This document shows, one piece after another, positions 57,464 to 64,000 of a stretch of DNA of 64,000 nt (the first letter of the stretch is position 1; every line of letters begins with the position of its first letter). The position numbers and the translations under genes are program-made. Below the pieces are notes generated by a model that ran no database searches, had not been told where the DNA came from, and saw only the letters and a program-made list of their open reading frames with translations. Origin of the DNA: Acidimicrobiales bacterium (GTDB lineage: Bacteria > Actinomycetota > Acidimicrobiia > Acidimicrobiales > Aldehydirespiratoraceae); contig OZ220692.1 in NCBI GenBank assembly GCA_965116485.1, positions 3,250,134 to 3,314,133 on the forward strand. The letters are read 5' to 3'.

Positions 57464-58633
57464 TTACAGGCCGTAGATCGCAGCCGCATTGTCGTGGAGG
57501 ATCTTCTGCAGCGTTGCGTCATCAAGCGAGGACAGCGCGCCCGTGGCGTACTCACGGGGGTACTGGGCGGGTGTGGCCGGACCCGGGAACTGGCAGGTCG
57601 GATGCGGATAATCGGTCTCGTACAAGATGTTGTCCGGGTAGAGCTCGATCGCGAATCTGGCCGCAGCCTGCTCGAACCAGAAGCAACCGTAGATCTGTCG
57701 CCTGAAATACTCGCTGGGCAACAGGTCGTATTCGGGGTGCTCCTCGGTCACTCCTCCGTTGCGCCACTGCCAGTCGAACGATTCGAGCGCGCCGGGGATC
57801 CAACCCGCGCCGCTCTCCACCGAGACCAGCGCCAGTTCCGGGAAGCGGTGGCACACCCCGCCGAAGATCAGGTCTGCGATGCAGCGCATGTTGTCCAGAA
57901 AGATCAACGACGACACTTTGGCGAAGTTGGTCATCCAGCCCATACCGGCGGTGTCCTGCATCAACGTGCCCATTGATCCACCGCCCACATGAAAGCTCAC
58001 TGAAACCCCCGCCTCCTGGGCAACCGACCAGATCGGGTCCCAGTGCCTCGAAGCCAACGCCGGCATTCCATGCTCCTGGGGCTGGTTGCAGAAGTTGATG
58101 GCGCGGTGTCCCGCTTCCACACAACGGGTGATCTCGGCAACTGCGAAGTCGATGTCCCAGAACGGCACCGCGGTCACACCGACGAGCCGGTCGCGGTCAG
58201 CAGCGGTCCAGTCGGTCACCCAGTCGTTGAAGGCTCGCACGCACTCCTTCACCACTTCCGGTTCGCCCATCTTCATGAAGTAGGCGTTGCCGAAACCGCC
58301 GACGTTGGGGTAGAGGACCTGCGCTCGTATGCCTTGATCGTCCATGAACTTGAGTCGTTCACCGTTGTCGTACATAGACGGATGGATCTCCTCGAAGGTG
58401 TTGGGCACCTTCAAGGGCATGAGGCCGTCGAAGCCGGCCATCGAGTAGAAGCCGGGCTGCCCCAACCGGTTGCCGTCACACATCCAGACGTCCTGTCCGT
58501 CGATCCGTTCCACATGGGGGACCTTGTCGTGCATGGACGCCGGAGTCCGGGCTGTCCACACGTCCGGCGGTTCGGTCACATGGGTGTCGACGTCGATGAC
58601 GTCGAAGCGTTCGAAGAGATTTGCGGTGCTCAC
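57464..58633 (-). CDS. Amidohydrolase-2 family protein
   Basis: 389 aa with VIDVDTHVTEP, SFHVGGG and ILYETDYPHP. Confidence 0.8.
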   Translation of the reverse strand: MSTANLFERFDVIDVDTHVTEPPDVWTARTPASMHDKVPHVERIDGQDVWMCDGNRLGQPGFYSMAGFDGLMPLKVPNTFEEIHPSMYDNGERLKFMDDQGIRAQVLYPNVGGFGNAYFMKMGEPEVVKECVRAFNDWVTDWTAADRDRLVGVTAVPFWDIDFAVAEITRCVEAGHRAINFCNQPQEHGMPALASRHWDPIWSVAQEAGVSVSFHVGGGSMGTLMQDTAGMGWMTNFAKVSSLIFLDNMRCIADLIFGGVCHRFPELALVSVESGAGWIPGALESFDWQWRNGGVTEEHPEYDLLPSEYFRRQIYGCFWFEQAAARFAIELYPDNILYETDYPHPTCQFPGPATPAQYPREYATGALSSLDDATLQKILHDNAAAIYGL

Positions 58634-59039
58634 AGCTACAAGACTCGCGCTGTCGCGGCCACCAACGCCAATTCAGCGCGTATCAAGCCAAAAGGGACTC
58701 GGGTCCGGCTAGCTGCTGATGCCAACCGGACCCTGTTTTCCCTGGAGGGGGACGGGAATTGTTCCCGAGTCTGAAGCATCCGGCCCTGCGCCCAGATGAC
58801 CTCGAACCCAGACCCACACTAGTACAAAGACCGCATCTTTTTCAACATTCAAGCAAAGAAATTGCAACGAAAAAGTAATGAACTGGGGAAAACTGTACAT
58901 TATTTTCATTGAAATATCATAAAATTTATTGTATTGTTTGGCAGGAAATGATGGAAATGCTTCACTCGTGTTTCGATAGTCGTCACACAAGCCCAACGTG
59001 TCAGACGAAGCCGGCGACGTGTCGGGGCTGAGTGTCGGC

Positions 59040-59831
59040 CTAAGTGTCGAAGAACTCGCCGGCGTTCACCAACAGGCGCTGCCCGGTGATCATCCGAGCC
59101 CGGTCCGATGCGAAGAACACCGCCGCCTCGGCCACGTCCGCGTCGGTTGGCATGACCCGCAGTGCCATGCCCTGCGCGATCTCGTCCCGCACCTCTTCTG
59201 CAGTGATGCCTCTTTCGGAGGCCTGCCACTCGCAGTACATCTGCACGTTCGGTCCCCACATCCAGGTCGGGATGACCGTGTTGACGCGAATTCCCTGCGG
59301 GCCGAGTTCTGATGCCATGTTCCGAGCCATGGCGAGCAACGCGGACTTGGCGGCCGCATAGGCGAACTGCGGGATCGCAGGAACTGGCTTGAGGGAGGCC
59401 TGCGAACCGATCAGCACAACGGAGCCGCCCCGTTCGTTCGCCGCGAGTGCGGGCGTGACCGAGCGGACCACATTCGCTGCACCCAGCGTGTTGATCTCCA
59501 GCACTGTTCGCAAACTCTCGTCGTCGAGGTCAGCGAATGTCCCCATCGTTGCATCCATCGCCGCAACGTTGATCACCGCATCGATCCTGCCGAAGCGTTC
59601 CACTCCGGCGCTGACCGCGGACTTGAGCGACTCCAGATCCATCATGTCGGCGCCGGCGACAAGCATCCGTTCGCCTGAGGCGTCGAGTGCGGTCGCTGTC
59701 GCCTGCAGCCGCTCCAGATTGCGAGCCACCGCGATCACGTTGGCGCCGTCGCGCAGAGCCGCAGCAGCGCACGACCGGCCGAGGCCCGGACCCACTCCGA
59801 CCACCATCACTGTCGAGTCTTGAAGAATCAT
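59040..59831 (-). CDS. SDR family oxidoreductase
   Basis: 263 aa with VVGVGPGLGRS, NVAA, YAAAKSAL and GIRVNTV. Confidence 0.9.
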   Translation of the reverse strand: MILQDSTVMVVGVGPGLGRSCAAAALRDGANVIAVARNLERLQATATALDASGERMLVAGADMMDLESLKSAVSAGVERFGRIDAVINVAAMDATMGTFADLDDESLRTVLEINTLGAANVVRSVTPALAANERGGSVVLIGSQASLKPVPAIPQFAYAAAKSALLAMARNMASELGPQGIRVNTVIPTWMWGPNVQMYCEWQASERGITAEEVRDEIAQGMALRVMPTDADVAEAAVFFASDRARMITGQRLLVNAGEFFDT

Positions 59832-59843
59832 TGCGTCGCTCCT

Positions 59844-60647
59844 TTACCAGAGTTGGTCGGTGTAGGTGTCGGTGCCCACGATCGTCGGCAGGAACGGCGC
59901 GGCGAAAACCACCTCACCGATTCCACTGGCTGCAAGATCGTCGGCGTAGGCACGGAATCGATCCCACACGGCTGTCGGTTCGTCGTCGAGGAAGAAACAC
60001 TGCAACTGGCGATCGGTGGGTCCGGGCGGCATGCCCAGATCCATCGGCGCACGGTCGGTGTCACCGCTCCCTGAGTCTTGGTAGTGCCACGACACCATGC
60101 TCGCGACCGGGGAGTCTTTCATCAGCGCAGGCAGAGCCTCAGCGTCGAGATGGGCAACCAACTGCGCCTCGCTCACACCCTCCGCAGGATCGACCGCAAC
60201 CACGCCCAGTCCTTTGTAGGGGTGGTCCAGAGCGAGCTCGATCGGAACGGGATCAGTGTCGCGATAGTGGCAACCAGGGCGTTCCAACAGAACCGTGTGG
60301 GCATGGACCCGGTTCGCGAAGCCCCGGTTGTTGCTGTAGAGCCACACCACCTGATCCGCTCCCCATGCAAAGTGCTCCGCGTGGCCTCCTTCGAGAACGT
60401 AATAGATGGCCAGATAGGAACCCGCCTCGACGGGACTGGCCACCGGCGTGTCGCCGCGAGGGAAGCGCAGATCCTTCAGTTCTTTGGTGGCGACCCAACG
60501 CTTCCCCGCGAACAGCTTCGGGCCGATCATGCAACCCGCGTAGAAATGATCGCGTTCATACCAGCGGTTGTACTCGACCTCGTGGCCCTTGGCGGGGTCG
60601 ACCATCGTGAACAACATGGAACCGACCCTGATCGGATAATCGTTCAT
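59844..60647 (-). CDS. Conserved hypothetical protein
   Basis: 267-aa ORF with good coding appearance (MLFTMVDPAKGHEVEYNRWYERDHFYAG...), tightly packed in an operon. I cannot assign a domain with confidence. Confidence 0.55.
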   Translation of the reverse strand: MNDYPIRVGSMLFTMVDPAKGHEVEYNRWYERDHFYAGCMIGPKLFAGKRWVATKELKDLRFPRGDTPVASPVEAGSYLAIYYVLEGGHAEHFAWGADQVVWLYSNNRGFANRVHAHTVLLERPGCHYRDTDPVPIELALDHPYKGLGVVAVDPAEGVSEAQLVAHLDAEALPALMKDSPVASMVSWHYQDSGSGDTDRAPMDLGMPPGPTDRQLQCFFLDDEPTAVWDRFRAYADDLAASGIGEVVFAAPFLPTIVGTDTYTDQLW

Positions 60648-60700
60648 CCCTACTCCCTTTCGGTCGGGTGACTCGGCTTTTGCTTCGAGAGTTCCAGCAA

Positions 60701-61171
60701 CTAGCTATCAAAAACGATCCGGCCGATCCATTCGGCAACGAGAGCAGGCTTCGGAGATCCTTCTATCTCGACGGTGACGACGCGAGTGCTGTTGATCGCC
60801 GTTCCCTTCAACTCCACTTTGCTGATCACGCTGGCGGCTCGAACTCGACTCCCCGAGAGGACCGGGTTCAAGAACCGAACGCGGTCAAAGCCGTAGTTGA
60901 TGCCCATCATCACCCCGTCCAGAAGCGGGAGGTCCCCTTCGATGGAGTTCGTGAGATACGTCAGCATCGACAACGTCAGGAATCCGTGGGCGATCGTTCC
61001 GCCGAACACCGGCGCGGCGCGTTGCGGATCAATGTGGATGAACTGATGGTCTATGGTGCAATCGGCGAACTGGTTGATCTGGTCCTGGGTTATCTCGAAC
61101 CAGTCCCCGTGGCCCTCATCCACCCCCTCTCTGGGTTTGAGAAGTTCGTAGGCGTTTGCTGCGTTGCTCAT
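60701..61171 (-). CDS. MaoC-like (R)-specific enoyl-CoA hydratase/dehydratase
   Basis: Start at ATG 61171, preceded by GGAGG. FEITQDQINQFADCTIDHQFIHIDPQRA...GGTIAHGFLTLS. Confidence 0.8.
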   Translation of the reverse strand: MSNAANAYELLKPREGVDEGHGDWFEITQDQINQFADCTIDHQFIHIDPQRAAPVFGGTIAHGFLTLSMLTYLTNSIEGDLPLLDGVMMGINYGFDRVRFLNPVLSGSRVRAASVISKVELKGTAINSTRVVTVEIEGSPKPALVAEWIGRIVFDS

Positions 61172-61295
61172 CGGGGCCTCCATGACTCGCTGACCGTTCG
61201 ACTGTCGTGACGGTCGCGACTCTAGAACGAACCCGCGCCGCGCAACACTTCGAGCAGCGGACCCGATTCTCACACGGCGTCCTTATGCTCAGGAG

Positions 61296-62597
61296 ATGAC
61301 TGCTCGTGACATCGCTCCGCCCAACGGCAAGCTCGGAGTGCTCACCCCTGGAATGGGTGCGGTGGCCTCCACCTTCACCGCGGGTGTGCTCGCCGCCCGC
61401 CAGAGCGGCGTTGCTCCGCTCGGTTCGGTCAGCCAGATGGCCCATATTCGTCTCGGAACCCGAGACGAGAACCGCAATCCGTTGATCCGGGAATTCGTGC
61501 CCTTGGCCTCCCTCGACGACATCGTGTTCGGCGGCTGGGATCCGATCTCGGCCAATGCCCTTGAGGCGGCCCGAACCTGCGGGGTTCTCGAAGAACGCGA
61601 CCTGGCTCCGATCTCCGCGGAGATGGAGGGCATCATCGCCATGGACGCGGTGTTCGACCAGAAGTGGGTCAGCCGTCTCGACGGGGCGCGGGTGAAGACC
61701 GAGACCAACATGTGGGATCAGGCGATGGCGCTCATGTCCGACATTGAGAACTTCCGCATCGAGAACGACTGCGAGCGTTTGGTCATGGTGTGGTGCGGTT
61801 CGACCGAAGCCTTCCAGGAACCGAGCGAAGTGCATGCCACCATCGAGTCGTTCGAGAACGGCCTCAAGAACAACGACGACAACATCTCCCCCAGCCAGAT
61901 CTACGTTTATGCGGCGCTGCAGTCCGGTGTGCCCTTCGCCAACGGGGCCCCCAACCTGTCGACCGATCTGCCGTGCATGATCGAGTTGGCGCATCGCAAT
62001 CGCGTGCCCATCGCCGGGAAGGACTTCAAGACGGGCCAGACCCTCATGAAGACCCTGATCGCCCCGGGTCTCAAGGCTCGGATGCTGGGACTGCGAGGAT
62101 GGTACTCCACCAACATTCTCGGCAACCGCGACGGTGAGGTGCTCGACGCTCCGGAGAACTTCAAGACCAAGGAGGAGTCGAAGCTGGGGGTTCTGCACAC
62201 GATCCTGCAGCCCGAGACTTACCCCGACCTCTACGGAAACGTCGACCACGTGGTCCGGATCAACTACTACCCGCCGCGTGGCGACAACAAGGAGGGTTGG
62301 GACGCCATCGACATCTTCGGATGGATGGGCTATCCCATGCAGATCAAGATCGACTTCCTGTGCCGCGATTCGATCCTCGCCGCCCCGATCGTGTTGGATC
62401 TGGCCCTGTTCATGGACCTGGCCGCACGGGCCGGTGAGTTCGGCGTGCAGGAATGGTTGAGTTTCTACCTCAAAGCTCCACAGGCCGCGGGGGACGTTCC
62501 CGCCGAACAGGACCTGTTCATTCAGCAGACCAAACTCAAGAACACTCTGCGGGAATGGATGGGCGAACCCGCCGTCACCCACTCAGAAGCCGGCTAG
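61296..62597 (+). CDS. ino1: Inositol-3-phosphate synthase (myo-inositol-1-phosphate synthase)
   Basis: 433 aa, GVLTPGMGAVASTFTAGV...VMVWCGSTE...GAPNLS...GKDFKTGQTLMKT...NILGNRDG. Confidence 0.85.
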   Translation: MTARDIAPPNGKLGVLTPGMGAVASTFTAGVLAARQSGVAPLGSVSQMAHIRLGTRDENRNPLIREFVPLASLDDIVFGGWDPISANALEAARTCGVLEERDLAPISAEMEGIIAMDAVFDQKWVSRLDGARVKTETNMWDQAMALMSDIENFRIENDCERLVMVWCGSTEAFQEPSEVHATIESFENGLKNNDDNISPSQIYVYAALQSGVPFANGAPNLSTDLPCMIELAHRNRVPIAGKDFKTGQTLMKTLIAPGLKARMLGLRGWYSTNILGNRDGEVLDAPENFKTKEESKLGVLHTILQPETYPDLYGNVDHVVRINYYPPRGDNKEGWDAIDIFGWMGYPMQIKIDFLCRDSILAAPIVLDLALFMDLAARAGEFGVQEWLSFYLKAPQAAGDVPAEQDLFIQQTKLKNTLREWMGEPAVTHSEAG

Positions 62598-62951
62598 TCG
62601 CCCGCTGTCAGGTCGATCTCCAGCACTCCCTCGGCCACTAGATCCTCGATCTCGGCGTCGTTGAGGCCGAGCCATTCCGAGGCTACTTCGCGGGTGTGCT
62701 CGCCGAGCCCCGGAGCCGGGAAAATGATTGCCTCGGGGTTGCACTGAGCCGGGGACCAGTGATTCCTTGGCCAGCAGATCGCCGATCGTTGAAACTGCTT
62801 GTTCGACCTGGCAGACCTCCACGTGCGCCCCGCCGGTCGCGGAGCCTCGCTGTTGGCCGAGCAGGTGGGCCATTACCGCCACAGCACAGACCCGCCCCGC
62901 GAGATGATCGGGGTAGATCGCCTGGTTTCTCAATCTCAAACAGCGAATCAA
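62596..62951 (-). pseudogene. Frameshifted C-terminal relic of a family III (CaiB/BaiF) CoA-transferase
   Basis: One frame gives AVAVMAHLLGQQRGSATGGAHVEVCQVEQA. A second frame gives PAPGLGEHTREVASEWLGLNDAEIEDLVAEGVLEI...*. The N-terminal ~250 aa are absent. Confidence 0.6.
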
Positions 62952-63111
62952 GAATCTTGAACGATCAACGTCAGGTCAACAACTCGAATCCCGGCAAGTG
63001 GATGTAGGGCCACATTTCCCCCTTGAAGTTTCACGACTGATTGTAGCGCTGACAACCTCACGCGAACTGACACCCAATCGAAGCGTCAAGCCAAAGGGGA
63101 ACCTCATCAGC

Positions 63112-63393
63112 TCATCCACATGCGTTTCGCACTTCTGCCTCCGCGATGATGGTGCTGACCCTCCATGCGGTGAGTTCGTCGTGAGTGTCGTGCTCGTCGT
63201 CCGCTGCATGGGCTGCGTTGTGCGCCTGCAGCGCCTCAGCCCAAGCGCTCTCCGCATGTGCCTGGGCAACCGCAGCGCTCTCACAGTCAGCGGAGCTACC
63301 GCCGCCGCACGCACCCGACAGCACCCCTGCCAACACCACGGCAGCAACGCGCGCCGCCAATCTCAGAGGGCGACGCAGTGGCTCAACATTCAT
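63112..63393 (-). CDS. Small lipoprotein, paralogue of 51762..52046
   Basis: Lipobox VLSGAC. CESAAVAQAHAESAWAEALQAHNAAH...RVSTIIAEAEVRNACG. Confidence 0.6.
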   Translation of the reverse strand: MNVEPLRRPLRLAARVAAVVLAGVLSGACGGGSSADCESAAVAQAHAESAWAEALQAHNAAHAADDEHDTHDELTAWRVSTIIAEAEVRNACG

Positions 63394-63491
63394 ATCCTTC
63401 TGTTCCTTCGTCTATGTTTGTTTAGTGGGTCGTGCGGCAGGGCCGAACGCAGTTTTGCTAAATCGGCTGAACCGGCCCTGCCGCACTCCTG

Positions 63492-63899
63492 ATGTGGCAA
63501 ATCCCGCCACCACGAATGGCGGTTGTGCCTTTCTTTTTTGCAAACACCCGCAGAATGTGTATGCTGGTCGTGATGACGGTCGCATCCAGACAAAGACAAC
63601 CAAAGCGTCAAGGCTCCTGGTCTTGGCGTTTGGAACCTGTGCCTCTGGCGCACCTTAGCTTCGGCGAGAAAGCAAACCTCTGGCAACGATTCTGGCTCTC
63701 CGGCCACACCCCCGCCGTGGGGGGTTTGACAGGAGCATTTGCCATTTTCTCTATCTTTTTCTTTGTCACCGACTCGGGATTGCCTTCAGTAGTGCTGCTC
63801 GTAGCTGCGATATGCGCTGCCGCAATTTCCATTGTATCGTCGCTATTCCGCCGTAAACATCGACTAATGGCCAGTTCCTTGGTACGTGGCAAACGCTGA
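63492..63899 (+). CDS. Small 2-TM membrane protein (start uncertain)
   Basis: The C-terminal part GGLTGAFAIFSIFFFVTDSGLPSVVLLVAAICAAAISIVSSLF has two hydrophobic helices. It is divergent from the lipoprotein gene. Confidence 0.4.
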   Translation: MWQIPPPRMAVVPFFFANTRRMCMLVVMTVASRQRQPKRQGSWSWRLEPVPLAHLSFGEKANLWQRFWLSGHTPAVGGLTGAFAIFSIFFFVTDSGLPSVVLLVAAICAAAISIVSSLFRRKHRLMASSLVRGKR

Positions 63900-64000
63900 C
63901 GCGCACACAGTTCCAATACCCAATCCAGCCCACGGATTAATGCTGACGAGGATTGTCACGCCCCCGACTCCCGTACAGGTGACCACTCCGATCCAAGGGT

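Noticed and set aside
61116-62582. 488-aa minus-strand ORF.
   Set aside because: It is antisense to inositol-3-phosphate synthase, which is strongly supported. It is a shadow ORF.

Overview
This is high-GC (roughly 60-65% by eye) actinobacterial-type chromosomal DNA, possibly Acidimicrobiia-like (low confidence). All calls come from reading the ORF track and sequence by eye; no database search was run. I found no rRNA, tRNA or CRISPR. The window splits into six blocks. (1) 1-7.7 kb is metabolic: MBL hydrolase, a sulfatase::DJ-1 fusion, SRPBCC, TetR, SDR, epimerase and a macro domain, plus a 54-bp tandem palindrome array and an orphan acyl-CoA ligase 3' fragment. (2) 7.7-16.2 kb is a lower-GC patchwork of addiction and restriction modules: HipBA, an ImmA/IrrE gene with an IS-truncated DUF4411 partner, Phd-VapC, ISL3 remnants, and an hsdM-HEPN-MNT::hsdS' type I R-M relic with no hsdR. 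(3) 16.4-23.4 kb holds an SLH/beta-propeller surface protein, xylB next to an internally deleted xylA, and a LacI-controlled oxidoreductase/dioxygenase operon. (4) 23.4-38.6 kb is a long inositol-catabolism operon: IolE-like gene, ABC transporter, iolC, iolD, iolG-like genes, iolB and a class I aldolase. It also contains a fatty-acid-desaturase::Rieske fusion. (5) 38.7-50.9 kb is the main finding: a 12.2-kb lower-GC island bracketed by a 357-bp direct repeat that duplicates the aldolase 3' end. The island has no integrase. It encodes a RelE/ParE-like TA pair, a translationally coupled PLD-SNF2 helicase plus N6-adenine methyltransferase with a Type ISP-like C-terminus, and a convergent pair of a DUF4365-like nuclease::HEAT/helical-repeat protein and a SIR2-like protein. 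I regard this as a candidate undescribed anti-phage module. (6) 51-64 kb holds a small membrane-peptide/2-TM/lipoprotein operon with a paralogue at 63 kb, a truncated ISL3, a 19-bp repeat array, a DUF4143 ATPase, MFS, amidohydrolases, MaoC, inositol-3-phosphate synthase and further gene relics. The density of truncated, frameshifted or deleted genes across the window is striking.
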